NCBI RefSeq assembly: GCF_006345805.1
Contig: NC_043004.1
Span: forward strand, 97,340,001 to 97,404,000
Length of the DNA: 64,000 nucleotides
Source of the DNA: Octopus sinensis
Lineage: Eukaryota
Direction: 5' to 3'
The notes beneath the pieces were generated by a model. The model made no database searches and was not told where the DNA came from. It saw only the letters and a program-made list of their open reading frames with translations. This document shows, piece after piece, positions 24,901 through 38,897 of this stretch (position 1 is the stretch's first letter; each line of letters opens with the position of its first letter). Both the position numbers and the translations under genes were made by a program.

Positions 24901-25344
24901 TTGTGTGTCTGTGTTTGTCCCCCCCCAACATCATTGACAACTGATGCTGGTGTGTTTACATCCCTATAACTTAGTGGTTCAGTAAAAGAGACCGATAGAA
25001 TAAGTACTAAGTTTACAAAGAAGAAGTCCTGTGTTTATTTACTTGACTAAAGGCTGCAACACATAAAAGAGTATCTCAGAATATGCCTCTCATATATTCT
25101 GAAGTATATTATAGACAGTATATTTAATAATGTACATGTCGGAATAACTCAAGAGTGGATTATATACTCAGTTGGATCAAAATAACTGCATGCATTATTC
25201 GAATATTATTCTGCCAGTACTTCTGTTCCAAGGTTGGTATTCTTCTAGAAATTGTTGTATGTGCATTTTATTCTGACCAAACAAGGTACCTCACCTTTAA
25301 GTACCTCATTCAACTGAATCTTGCTATGTTATATATCTATATGC

Positions 25345-25409
<65 letters not shown>

Positions 25410-25412
<3 letters not shown>

Positions 25413-26310
25413 CTAAAAATAGAACAGCAACGAACCATGATAAAACGATGGCAAGAAAAGCCCCTTCATGGTAAATACTGGACTAAACTAAATGCAAAAG
25501 AAATAGACAAAGAAAAATCCCAGCAATGGTTGAGAAGCTCAGGACTCAAAGCAGAAACAGAGGGATTTTTAATTGCAGCACAAGACCAAAGCCTCCCCAC
25601 CAGAAATTACCAAAAACATGTAATGAAAAGAAATATAACAAGTAACTGCAATATGTGGAGATGGACAAGAAACAATAAATCATATTATCTCTAGCTGCCC
25701 AGTCTTGTCTAAGAAGGAATATATTCACAGACATGACAGAGTTGGAACCTACATACATTGGAAGCTATGCCACATTATGGAATAACAACAGAAAAAAGAT
25801 GGTATAGGCACACACCAGAAAAGGTCACAGAAAACGAGAAAGCAACCATACTCTGGGATATGCCGATACACACAGATAGAGAAATTAAGGCCAACAGACC
25901 AGATATAGTTGTCAGAGATCGTGAAGAAAAAAATGCTTTCTAATTGATGTATCAATACCGGCTGATGACAACGTGTCTCTAAAAGAAATGGAGAAACTCT
26001 CAAAATACAAAGACCTGGAAATAGAGGTAACTAGAATGTGGAATCTGAAAACAGAAACAATTCCTATCATAGTAGGTGCATTAGGCATGATAAAAAAATA
26101 TTCAGACAATACATAGCAAAAACACCAGGACTTACAAACACATATAACATACAGAAAATTGCACTACTAAGCACTACACACATCCTACGCAGAACACTTT
26201 CCATACAATAACCATCAGAGCATCACAACAAATCACAGCACATACCCAAGGCACACAGAGCTGTGCTCGGTAGTGAAGTGAAAGCACGCTATAAAAATAA
26301 AACTACTGAA
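25410..26310 (+). mobile_element. 5'-truncated R4/Dong-like retrotransposon (CCHC finger, RLE domain, 3'UTR) between (AAT)n tracts
   Basis: WQEKPLHGKY, LKAETEGFLIAAQDQSL, RHDRVGTYIHWKLC, LWDMPIHTDREIKANRPDIV, KYKDLEIEV; frameshifted. Confidence 0.92.
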
Positions 26311-26357
26311 TAATAATAATAATAATATTAGGGAGTGATAAAAAAAAATTAAATAAT

Positions 26358-26394
<37 letters not shown>

Positions 26395-26565
26395 AAAATT
26401 TATAAGTATAAATTATTAATTTAAATAATTTTTTAATTTTAACTTTAATTTAGATATTTTAAATTTTGAATTTGATATATATTTTATCAATTAATTTTAT
26501 TTCTATGTATTGGTTTATGATTTTCACTGTTTGATTTGCCTAATAGTCGTTTTATCTCTAATATA

Positions 26566-26946
26566 TCTCTCTCTATATAAACGGCAGTTTGTCTGTGCGT
26601 TTTCTGTGTGTCTGTTTTCTCGTACCCTCACTCTGACCACGGCTTTCAACCGATTCTGATGAAACTTGACACACACATAGCCCAATGTCATAATTCAAAA
26701 CTAACGCAGCGAAAATTTTGAAAAGTTCCCCCAGTTCTGAAAAAAATCGATAAATTCGACATGGGGTCGAGAATCAGAAACCAAACCACAGACCGTCTAC
26801 GGGACGCAACTCCACCTTTTTTAACTCTCAAAAAAAATTTACCATCATTTTTTTTCCATTTTTTTGCTATTTTTTGGCTATAACTCTCTAAAAATGCTTT
26901 ATAGTATTTCCCTTACAAACCTGAGCAACGCCGGGCGATACTGCTA

Positions 26947-26947
<1 letters not shown>
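26566..26947 (+). mobile_element. Non-autonomous Helitron
   Basis: TC 5' end in AT context, CCGATTCTGATGAAACTTG motif, 3' CCTGAGCAACGCCGGG hairpin upstream of CTAG followed by T. Confidence 0.8.
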
Positions 26948-26977
<30 letters not shown>

Positions 26978-27054
26978 TATATATATATATACTCAATCCA
27001 AACAAAAACAAGCAAGATAAAAAACAATGCAAGGACGTGGAACAAGTATTATAT

Positions 27055-27121
27055 TATTGGACACTCAGGAAAGGAAAGAAAGAGGATTTCATGTTTCGAG
27101 TGGAGCTCTTCATCAGAAATA
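27055..27121 (-). ncRNA. Type I hammerhead ribozyme motif with intact CUGAUGA/GAAA core and extra A
   Basis: UAUUU-CUGAUGA-A-GAG CUCCA CUC-GAAA-CAU...GUGU-C-CAAUA, within a ~170-bp repeat at 26990-27170. Confidence 0.65.
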
Positions 27122-27179
27122 TAGAAATAGTCCAAAGAAGGGAAGACAGAGAAAGAAAATTGCCAACGATACACACACA

Positions 27180-27545
27180 TCATCATCATCATCATCATCA
27201 TCGTTTAATGTCCATTCTCCATGCTAGCATGGGTTGGACGGTTCGACCAGGGATCTTGGAAACCAGAAGGCTGCACCAGGCTCCAGTCTGATCTGGCAGT
27301 GTTTCTACAGCCGGATGCCCTTCCTAACGCCAACCACTCCGAGAGTGTAGTGGGTGCTTTTTATGTGCCACCGGCACAGGTGCCAGGCAAGGCTGGCAAC
27401 GGCCATGATCGGATTGGTGCTTTTTACATGCCACCGGCACGGAAGCCAGTCAAGTCGGCACTGGCATCGGCCACGTTCAGATGGTGCTTTTTACATTCCA
27501 CCGGCATGGAAGCCAGTCTAGGTGGCGCTGGCATCGGCCAGGCAG
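27180..27545 (-). mobile_element. Family D element with (GAT)n tail and internal GTGCCACCGGCAC repeats
   Basis: Minus strand GGTTGGCGTTAGGAAGGGCATCC core, ends CATTAAACGATGATGATG. Confidence 0.75.
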
Positions 27546-27698
27546 TGCTGGCTGCAATGAAAAAAAGCTGCATAAGTAATTCAAAACAGTGTGGATAAAT
27601 AAGCATTACATTTGATACGGTACTCTGAATTCTAAAGGATTAAGTTATCACTGAAGAAAGAACATCTCTGATTGAAATACATATATATGTATATATAA

Positions 27699-27737
<39 letters not shown>

Positions 27738-27738
<1 letters not shown>

Positions 27739-27962
27739 CGTGGCCGTTCGCCAGCCTCGTCTGGCACCTGTGTCGGTGGCACATAAAAAACACCATCCGA
27801 GCGTGGCCGTTTGCCAGCCTCGTCTGGCACCTGTGTCGGTGGCACATAAAATCACCCACTACACTCTCGGAGTGGTTGGTGTTAGGAAGGGCATCCAGCT
27901 ATAGAAACACTGCCAGATCTGACTGGCCTGGTGCAGCCTTCGGGCTACCCAGACCCCAGTTG
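27738..27962 (+). mobile_element. Family D element, inverted relative to 27180-27545, 3'-truncated
   Basis: GGTTGGTGTTAGGAAGGGCATCC core; two internal ~55-bp repeats. Confidence 0.75.
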
Positions 27963-28487
27963 AAAATAGTTGAATAATAATAATATATAAAACAACTAAC
28001 AAATAATAGAACTAAATTGTGCAACATCTCAGTGCTTTATGAAATGATTTCAAATTCTGCTATAGTCACCTCTAACTTTCATCCTTGTGGGGTTCATATA
28101 ACAAAGGGCCAATCAATAACTAGGAGTCAATGATATTGACTAACTCCTTTCCCACAACTGCTGGATATGTGATTATTTTAAGAATTAAGGGTTATTTGTT
28201 AGTGGGATTATTAGAGTACCGGACAAAATAATCTGTGGTCTTTGTTCTGGCTTTTTAATTTCTGATTTCAAACCACAAGGAGTTCAACTTTGCCTTTATT
28301 CTTCTGGGGTTGATAAAGTTGAGTGCCTGTCAAGTACTAGGGCTGATAGCACTGAGTAGCATCAGACCCTCAGAATTGTTGTATTGTGCTTAATAAGAAA
28401 AGATTATTTTTGCTAGAATCATCAGAACATCTGACAAAATGCATTGCATTGTCTCCCTTTTTATGCTTTGATTCCACCTATAGCAGA

Positions 28488-28891
28488 ACTCTTTTACTTG
28501 TTTCAGTCATTTGACTGCGGCCATGCTGGAGCACCACCTTTAGTCGAGCAAATCGACCCCGGGACTTATTCTTTGTAAGCCCAATACTTATTCTATCAGT
28601 CTCTTTTAGCCGAACCACTAAGTGACGGGGACGTAAACACACCAGCATCGGTTGTCAAGCGATGGTGGGGGGACAAACATATACACACACACATACATAT
28701 AAATATATATATATATGTACATATATACGACAGGCTTCTTTCAGTTTCCGTCTACCAAATCCACTCACAAGGCATTGGTCGGCCCGAGGCTATAGCAGAA
28801 GACACTTGCCCAAGATGCCATGCAGTGGGACTGAACCCGGAACCATGTGGCTGGTAAGCAAGCTACTTACCACACAGCCACTCCTGCGCCT
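28488..28891 (-). mobile_element. SINE family A
   Basis: Consensus motifs. Confidence 0.9.
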
Positions 28892-29714
28892 ATGGTAGCA
28901 ATTTGTATCAATCCTTGCCTTATCTTTTCCTTTGACAACATTGGTGGCATAGAATGGGGAAGAGGGAAGATTTATTGTGCATAAAAAAAGGAAAGAAAAT
29001 TTTTGCCCAGAGCAGGACACGGCAGAGGAGCTTTATAGATGTAGATAATATATGTTGAAACTTGACCGACAGAGGTTTAGGATATTTATATATTTGAAAT
29101 TAGATTCTACTTTCTTATATCACAAAGGTATGTATACTAATATTAGAAATTAATAAATGGTTAGAAAGATTAAAAACAAAAACAAAAAAAAGAAAGAAAT
29201 GATTTAGTATCATTTACAGGCATTAATATTGGTATTGTCAAGAACTTTCTCATGTCTATAGTTATTGGAAAGCTGTCAATTTCTTCACAGAAATAGCTGT
29301 GTATCATTCCAGTTGCACCAATTACAAATGAAAAGATAGACACATTTCTTACATGCCCTAATGACTTTAGATTCAATCGTTAAGTTGATATAATTCCTTA
29401 ACTTTGTGACTTGCTGTTACATTATGACATTTAATCATTGATATAGCAGTACTGAATGCTGTCAGACTATAATTCCTGAGCTTCTCTGCTCACTTCTGCC
29501 TGACAACATAATCACTCAGTATTGCTTTGTCAATTATTAATTATTAATCTAAGTACTAATATTCAGAGGTGTAATTGCTAAATGGATAAAGGTATTGGAT
29601 TCCTGGCCTTTAAAATGGTGAGGCTGTATCCAATTGTAGATATTAAATGAATGAACAAGACACTTAAATTTAGTGGTCTAAAGCTTTATGACTAAACAAG
29701 TAACTACTGCTGTA

Positions 29715-29830
29715 ATTGCCATTACTACCACCATTACTCCTGCTGCTGCTGCTGCTGCTACTACTGTTACTACTACTACTACTACTACTACTACTACACT
29801 ACTACTACTACCACCACCACCACCACCACC

Positions 29831-29873
<43 letters not shown>

Positions 29874-29900
29874 ATAATAATAATAATAATAATAATAATA
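29715..29900. repeat. Compound trinucleotide microsatellite (GCT)(ACT)(ACC)(ACT)(AAT)
   Basis: Direct reading. Confidence 0.9.
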
Positions 29901-31234
29901 TTCATGATAACGATGATGATAATACGTTGGTGTCGACATTATTATATAAGTTGTCAGTGAATATAATATTCTTAAAAGCTTAATACTAAACATGAAGCAG
30001 CAGAAATGACCAAGAGAGCTGAGAGGTGGTGTAGATGCTATTAAATTCTCCCCCCCCCCACCACCACCATGCAGAGTTAATAGAAGCTATTGGAGTGAAT
30101 GATGTAGAATTGGATGAGGTGCTTAACCATAGCAAGTTTAGAATGAAGGCAGTTTTATTTCCAAATCTTTCCCCTATCATTCTGCCATGGAAAATTTTAA
30201 AACAATCTTCAGTATTACATTAAGGGGATATTAATATATCAGTAAAATTGAGTATCAGTGACCAAGTCATACGTAGATGTATGATGAAAGACTTCCAAAT
30301 CTGATATTATATAATATTATTACGTAATAAAATAGAAGCAATAAAATGGGATATGGGTGTGTTTTAAATGGATATCATGAATGATTCACAGTACAATATT
30401 AGGTTTGAATTAATGGATTCTATTCTCTGCATTTAAAAATTAATCTTGAATGGAGAATAATCATCACCACTGATAATATTAATAAAATTTGAGGCATTTT
30501 GTCTCAAATTTGAAGACTGAATATGATCATTTATACTATTCCACCTCTTGACCGGTACATATTCGCTTGACCTTTTGATGGATGGAAAGTGAAGTTGATA
30601 TGGGTGGGATTTGAACTCAGATTGTATAAGTCATAGCCATGGCAGTGTAGTAAAAAGTTTGCTTCGCAATCACATAGTTTTGGGTTCATTCTTACTGTGT
30701 GGCATCTTGGAAAAGTGCGTTCTGCTATGGCCTTCTAGTGACCAAAGCCTTGAGGGTGGATTTGGTGGATAGATACTACTTAGGAGCCCATTGCACATAG
30801 ATATATTCATCTATATATCTTATATCTATCTTCTTTTCTTAATAAATGTACACAAATGTGCATGTGTGTGTATGTTTTGTGTCTGTCTCTTACCACTTGA
30901 TAACAGGTGTTGGGTTGAAACCATTAGACTAAGCACCAGACTTGAAAATAATTACTGGGGTTGTTTTGATCAAAGAAAACACATGGAAATGGTGCTCCAG
31001 CATGGCCACAGTCCCATGATTGAAACAAGTAAAAGAGTAAAGAGAAATATTGCAATGCTTTCTTGTCCTACCCTCAATACTCATTATCATTGAGAATATT
31101 TGGAACATTGACTGTATGGTCATGAGTTCAAAGCATAGCATGTGTTGAACTGGCTGGTTTAATAATGCATTAGATGAGATGCCTTGAAGTATTCATTCTG
31201 GATGTTTGTAACCTACATTTGAATCCTTATGAAT

Positions 31235-31868
31235 CACTTATTTCTTTATTGCCCACAAGAGGCTAAACATAGAGGGGACAAACAAGGACAGACAAAGGGA
31301 TTAAGTCAATTACATCGACTCCAGGGCACAGCTGGTACTTAATTTATCGACCCCCAAAAGGATGAAAGGCAAAGTCGACCTCGGCGGAATTTGAACTCAG
31401 AACGTAACGGCAGACGAAATACTGCTAAGCATTTTGCCTGGTGTGCTAACGTTTCTGCCAGCTCGCCGCCTTTTAAAGATGAAAGGCAAAGTCAACCTCG
31501 GCGGAATTTGAACTCAGAACGTAACGGCAGACGAAATACCTATTTCTTTATTACCCACAAAAGGGCTAAAAAAGGACAGACATAGGTATTAAGTCGATTA
31601 CATCGACCCCAGTGAGTAACTGGTACTAATTTATCGACCCCGAAAGGATGAAAGGCAAAGTCGACCTCAGCGGAATTTGAACCCAGAATGTAACAGCAGA
31701 CGAAATACTGCTAAACATTTTGCCTGGTGTGCTAACGTTTCTGCCAGCTCGCCGCCTTTTAAAGATGAAAGGCAAAGTCAACCTCAGCAGAATTTGAACT
31801 CAGAACATAACGGCAGACAAAATACTGCTAAGCATTGCACCGGTGTGCTGATGTTTCTGTCAGCTTGC
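31235..31868 (-). mobile_element. SINE family B multimer with partial units
   Basis: Repeated GAACTCAGAACGTAACGGCAGACGAAATAC blocks; canonical junction at ~31540. Confidence 0.85.
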
Positions 31869-32295
31869 CACTTTATGAATCACTTCTAGGGTCAATGGAT
31901 AAAGTACCAGTCTAGGGTAGTAGGCTAGTGAAATCATGAGTCACAGCCTAAAGTTTTAAATCTGATTGGCACCTTGGGTGTTTGATGGCAGGTGGAGAAG
32001 TTTGTCTCTGTTTCCTCTCTCTCTGAAATAAAGTAAGGCTGAGTGAATGCTTCTCATACATAACTAAATGATTTACTATTTATGCAATCTCCTCTCAACA
32101 AATTGCTACAAATGATCATTAACATGAAAATTGCTTCTATTCTCATCACTTTTCTCATGTCCTGTGGCAACTGATTTGAAAACTTTGATAGGTTTTGATG
32201 TATGAGTAAGAAGATATAGATACTTGTACACTTTAGAATATACATATAAAATATGTCTGACAATAGATGCACATATAAAAATAAAAGCATGCACA

Positions 32296-32658
32296 TGCAG
32301 GAGTGGCTGTGTGGTAAGTAGCTTGTTTACCAACCACATGATTCCGGGTTCAACCCACTGCATGGCACCTTGGGCAAGTGTCTTCTACTATAGCCTCGGG
32401 CCGACCAAAGCCTTGTGAGTGGATTGGTAGACGGAAACTGAAAAAAGCCCGTCGTATATATGTTATATAATATATCATGTGTGTGGTTTGTGTGTCTGTG
32501 TTTGTCGCCTAGTCATTGCTTGACAACCGAGACCGATAGAATAAGTACTTACTACGGTACTGGCTACAAAAGAATAAGTCCCGGGGTCGAGTTGTTGCTT
32601 CATTAAAGGCGATGCTTCAGCATGGCCGCATTCAAATGACTGAAACAAGTAAAAGAGT
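32296..32658 (+). mobile_element. SINE family A
   Basis: Consensus motifs; older copies at 24680-25040, 30640-31050, 36395-36770 and 37400-37840. Confidence 0.85.
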
Positions 32659-34516
32659 ATACCATATATGTGTACAGATAGAGTTGCAGAGATAAACAAA
32701 ATGAATGAGAGAGAGAGAACAGTTGTATGAAGAGTTGTATGTGCAGTGAAGCCCTATACAGGTACAAATACAGGTACAGTGGGGAGCTTTAGTGTACAAT
32801 ATCAGAGTAGGAGTGACTTAATAGAGAGAACATTGTGAATGACATTTCCAAAGTTGGTAGTGGGTGCACAGACTGGGAGCAAAAACATGGTTTATATATC
32901 AGTACATACCAAAAGCTATTCTAAGAGTCAAATGGATAACCGTTAAGGGTCAATTTATGTAATTATAATAATTGTCAATTTGGAATATTAAAAAATTCAT
33001 AATAAATAGTGGTATGCATAACAAATGACTGTATAAGTAAAATATTGGAAAGAAGAGAGTATGGCAAAAGAGAGAAAACACAGAGAAAGAGAGAATGGAG
33101 AGAGAGAGATTAAAGAGAGTGAGTGGGAGGACATGTCACCTGGCGAGGCTAGAATGGAAAGCAATTTCAGACAGGTGACATCCTGCAAAACCAATGTATA
33201 GCTACACGAATAGTTAGAATTTAACTGTTTAGAATTCAAATTACTTTAGTATTCAAATATAATGCTTATTTATTTATATTGTTTTGAATTTAATCAGGCA
33301 TTATCTTGTAGATTTAAGATTTAAATGATGTGACCATTTTTAGAATGACATTATAGGGTTAGTGTAAGAGAACAGATCTGATTGCTATGAATGAATATAA
33401 ATCAGGTAAATATTTGGGATGGATATAGCTGGTTTAAAAGCTAAAAGGTTAAATGTTAATTTGTCAAAGACTTGTAACATAAATTTAGTAAAAAATTTTA
33501 TGTCCAAAAACGTGCTTAAAAAAATCTAACTGGGTCTTTGCCACAGATTAAGACATACCATATTGCTATCATTGAAGAGGCTATGCAAAAATATGTTTCA
33601 GAAAATACAACAGTGATTTAGCTTTGACAGAATTGCCAAACAAACTGAAGATGATATTAAAGTATATTTTATCATCAAGTCATTAAATAAGATACTTTCA
33701 CTATTTGTTAGCTTTTTTATTTCCATCAGCAAAAATAAAATAAGAAAAAATAAAAGTTTGAACCTATTCTATGATATTTGAGAGATAGCGAAGGTATTTA
33801 TAATTCTCTTTGATTTTAAAGACAGGATGTCAAATAGCGCTTTGGGATTTTTGAAGAATATTCAATGTAGATTTGGTAAGTAGCATTCTTTCAAAAGAAT
33901 TCTTTGAAGTTTGCGTAGTTTAGCTTGTGTTTCTTTATTTGATACACCACCTTTGATAAAGATTGCTTAGTTCTCAGTGTAAAACCCCAAAACATTACAG
34001 TTTTGAAATGTTCTCTTTTGATGTAGCGCTGGAGATATTTTATCTGCATAATCATGATGGCAGCAACAACAACAACAAATGCATTAATATTAGTAGTATT
34101 AATAATGATAATAAATTTAATATAAATGATTGATACATGAAACATATGGTAAGAGAAATTGATTAAAAGACGCAAGTTTTGATTGCAGTCTGAAATGCTC
34201 AAAGATGACTTCAGCTATCTAAAATATTCTATTGAGATGCTAGGCAAAGAACTCTGTTCTTTGAGTTGCTAAGACATAACAGTTAATTTTTTTACCATCA
34301 GTGAGCTTTTCAGCGTTATGGGTTTCTACATAATAAGACCATTATGGCATACATGGTTATGAATGTTTGCATGGTGTTTGTATAACAAACGCTACACACT
34401 CCTATGTGAAACGCTTTAATGTTTTCTGCATGTAAAATCATAAAAAATGCAGGTCATAAATGTATATGATTTTGAATGTAGAGAGAAAGACACACACACA
34501 CACAACACGCACACGC

Positions 34517-34551
<35 letters not shown>

Positions 34552-34735
34552 ACACATACATACACACACTCATGCACGCACACACATACACATATGCATA
34601 TAAACACATGTACACAAGCACACACAGACGTGCACACACATGTATGTATGTATGTATGTATGTATGTATGTATGTATGTATGTATCATGTGTGCATATCA
34701 ATGTATATATTTATGCATATATGTATGCATATAGA

Positions 34736-34766
<31 letters not shown>

Positions 34767-34924
34767 CTCTGCATAGATAGATAGATATATAGACATGTAC
34801 ATGTTATATATGTATTTTTTAATTATATATATATTATAATATATATCTATATATATAATATATATTATATAATGTATATATTATATATATATATAATATA
34901 TATATAATATATATATATTATATG

Positions 34925-34966
<42 letters not shown>

Positions 34967-35109
34967 GTTATATATATATATATTATATATATATATATGT
35001 ATATACTGTATGTGTGTATGTATGCCTATGTATGTATGTATATATGTATGTATTTATATGTATGTATGTATGTATGTATGAATGTATATATGCATGTGTA
35101 TATCATTGT

Positions 35110-35157
<48 letters not shown>

Positions 35158-35525
35158 TTCAAAGGCTAAAGATTCAATCTATGACTAAATTCAAGTTTCT
35201 CTTTCTCGAAGCTCAAAGTAGACCCATAACGAATCGTTTGCGTTCAATAATGAAATAAAATCTACTATATCTTCAGAGTATTTTTTCCTCTTATTCATAC
35301 ATTCAAATATACTTGTGGCCAAACACTTAGCCAAGCATGTGCATACACACTCAAACACACACTCAAAGACACACACACACACACACCACAGACACACACA
35401 CACACATATATATATACACACGCACCTACACATACACACACAGAGTCATATGCAAATACATACACACACTGCCAAATTTATAAATATATATCTATTTATA
35501 TGTATTTCTCCACCTCTCTCTCCCC

Positions 35526-35561
<36 letters not shown>

Positions 35562-35639
35562 TATATATATTATATATATATATATATATGTTAAATGATG
35601 ATGATGATGATGATGATGTATATATATATTTGTATATAC

Positions 35640-35672
<33 letters not shown>

Positions 35673-36849
35673 ATGCTACAGAAAGCGTTATTCACATACA
35701 CATATACATATATATTCATTTTATAAATATAGACATATGCGTGTATGTGTGTGTGTGTGTGTATGTGTGTGTGGCGTGTATGTGTTTATCAGTGTTAAGT
35801 AACTCCCAACATTTGATATAAAGGTAAGAAAATTTTCATTTAATCAAGGCCACATGTGTTGAAGAGAAATAAGCATGGAACCAATGCTTACATCCATCAA
35901 AGAAAAGCGGGGCAAATAACCATGTTGTGTGAGGATACATATATATATATATTATATTAGATATATATATATTATATATATATAGAGAGAGAAGGAGAGA
36001 GAGAGATAGATAGATACATATATACATACATACTTACATACATACATATATACATACATACAGACGTACGTACACACATACATATATAGATAGTTATTGA
36101 CATGTATTTATGAATATATACATGTACACACACATGGATAGACGTAGAAGCTCAATGACAGGATTTATAGATGTAGGCATTACAGCTAACATTCAGGTTC
36201 AATCTCAACATGTGGCACCTACTCTAGCCTCATTACAGAGAAACTATTTGATTGTCCCTTTTGTAGGTGAGTGTGTGTAGATACATACATACATACACAC
36301 ACATATATGTATATATATATATGTATATATGAATATATGAATATATATATATATATAGATGGATAGATAGAAATACACACATATGTATTGCACGTGTGGC
36401 TGTGTCGTAAGAAACTTACTTCTCGACCACACACTTCTATGTTCAGTCCCACTGCATTGCACCTTGGGCAAGTGTCTTCTACTATAGACATGGACCAACC
36501 CAAGCCTTATAAATTGATTTGGTAGATGGTAACTTTTTGTATATGTGTGTTTGTGTGTGTGTGTGTGTGTGTTTATGTTTGTCTTTGTGTATGTGCTTGT
36601 CGTCCACCCACTTACCACCACCACTCAATAACCAGTGCTGGTGTGTTTACATTTCCACAAGTTAGCACTTCAGTACAAGAGACTGATAGAATAATTACCA
36701 GGTTTAACAAAATATAAGTACTGTGGTTGAATTATTCTACTGAAAATTCTGCCCTGGCAAAGTGGCAGTCTAGTGACTGACACAAGTGAAAGACAAAAGA
36801 TAAAAGATTGAGATGACTAATCAGATTTGCCTCATATATACATATAAAC

Positions 36850-37160
36850 ATTTTTGTATATTTGTATCATATATGGGGAGACCCCTTTCGGTCATAAATG
36901 ACCATGGGATTGCACATAGAAAATTACCCACCAAGGTACAAGTGCGGGCATGGTTGTTTATGGAAGACCAGCAGTTGACCATGCATACCAGCCTCCCCTA
37001 TCCAGTGACGTCACAACTCATTTCTACAGTTGAATGAACTGGAGCAACATGAAATAAAGTGTCTTGCTCAAGAACACAACAGGCAGCCCGGTCCGGGAAT
37101 CGAACTCACAACCTCATGTTCGTAAGCTCTATGTTCTAACAACTGAGCCATGCGCTTTCA
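36850..37160 (-). mobile_element. SINE family C variant
   Basis: Reverse complement of the 19282 and 63315 element. Confidence 0.75.
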
Positions 37161-37844
37161 CCTTTGCATCATATATACATGAATGTATTTGTATAGGTAT
37201 GTATACATATTTATGTTTATGTACTTCTGGTATATTCTACAGATAATGGTAAACTAATTTGTATTACTAACCCAGAAATCGGACGACCCAGAATCGACCA
37301 CAAAAATTTACTAAATCACCTCTTTTCATTTGCTCGCTTTCAGCCTTGTGCTAATGTAGTGTTATTTGAAGTGGTTTTTTAAAGTCTTTGGTGTCTATCT
37401 CTAGAGCGTAAGTGCTGTCTCACATGGTAAGTAACTTGCTTACCAATCACAAGGTTTCGAGTTCAGTTCTTCTGCATGGCACCTTGGGCAAGTGTCTTCT
37501 ACAATAACCTCGGGCTGACCAAAGCCTTGTGAGTGGATTTGGTTGATGGAAACTGAAAGAACCCTGTCGTATATATATATATATATAGATATATATATAT
37601 ATTATATATATATATATATACTATATATATATATATATACATATATAGATATATATAGATATAGATATAGATATGAGGTGGAGTGTGTGTTTGTGTGTTT
37701 GTGTTTGTGCCCCCACCATTGCTTGACAACCGAAGTTGGTGTGTTTACGTCCCAGCAACTTAATGGTTTACCAAAAGATGTCGATAGAATTAAGTCCTAG
37801 ACTTACAAAGAATAAGTCCTGGGGTAGATTTATTCGACTATGTA

Positions 37845-38745
37845 GGTAATAGTGAAGGACGTTTATTAAAAGCTGCTAGAATCACAGCAAGACAGAGAAA
37901 CTAAAACACCAAACGAACTTAAAAACTAAAAACAAAAGAACAGAAATTATCTGGCTGGTATGAGAAGGCGTTGCGTGGTACATTCTTAAAGATAGTTTCA
38001 GCAAATAGTAGTAGTGAGACATGGTTATGGCTGCAGAAGGGAAAACTGAAGAGAGATACGTGAAGTTTGTTAGTAGCTGCACCAGATCAAGCATTAAGGA
38101 CTAATTGGATAAACGTCAAAATAGATAAAATAAAAGTAGGTTCCCAATGTACATTATGGAAATCAAAAGAGGAAATCGTTACTCATATAGTAAGTGAATG
38201 TAGCATGCTGGTACAGAAAGAATACAAGAAAAGACATGACAATCTAGGGAGAGTAATCCACTGGGAGTTATGTAGAAAGCTAGGATTTGAACATACTGAT
38301 AAAGAGTATGAACGTGAACCTAATAAAGCACTAGAAAGTAAGAATTACGAGATGTTGTGGGACTTTAACACTGAGAATGACAAGGGAATAGGAACTAGAA
38401 GGCCTAATTTGTTAGTAATAGATAAAGAGAATAGAAAGTGCCAAATAATTGACTGTACAACCCCACATGATGAAAACATTAATATGACAAGTATAGAAAA
38501 TATAACAAAGTACCAGGACCTAGCTATTGAATTACAGGGACTATGGAAAGTACGGATAAAATGTATTCCAGTAGTTATAGCTGCATTGGGAACTATCCCT
38601 AAAGATCCGAACAGATAGCTAGAGGAAATAAGCAGAGAACCCAATTTAGTACAACTTCAGAAAACAGTGTTGTTAGTGACAGCTAGGATACTTAGGAGGG
38701 TTCTTGGCATGTAAGGAACTTGGTGTAGCCTGATGTTAGGATTCT
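37845..38745 (+). mobile_element. Older R4/Dong-like retrotransposon 3' portion
   Basis: ORF 38067-38618: LVAAPDQALRT, HIVSEC, RHDNLGRVIHWELC, MLWDF, RRPNL, KYQDLAIEL, IPVVIAALG; (AAT)n tail. Confidence 0.9.
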
Positions 38746-38764
38746 TTTAGTTTCCAACAGTCTA

Positions 38765-38814
<50 letters not shown>

Positions 38815-38897
38815 TAAGAAGAAAAAGAAGAAGAAAGAAGAAGAAGAAGAAGAAGAAGAAGAAGAAGACAACAACAACAACAACAATAATAATAACG

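Noticed and set aside
29200-34300. Protein-like short frames at ~29.3, 29.45, 30.08, 33.55 and 34.19 kb
   Set aside because: No consistent acceptor and donor pairs and no recognisable domain; cannot be supported without RNA data
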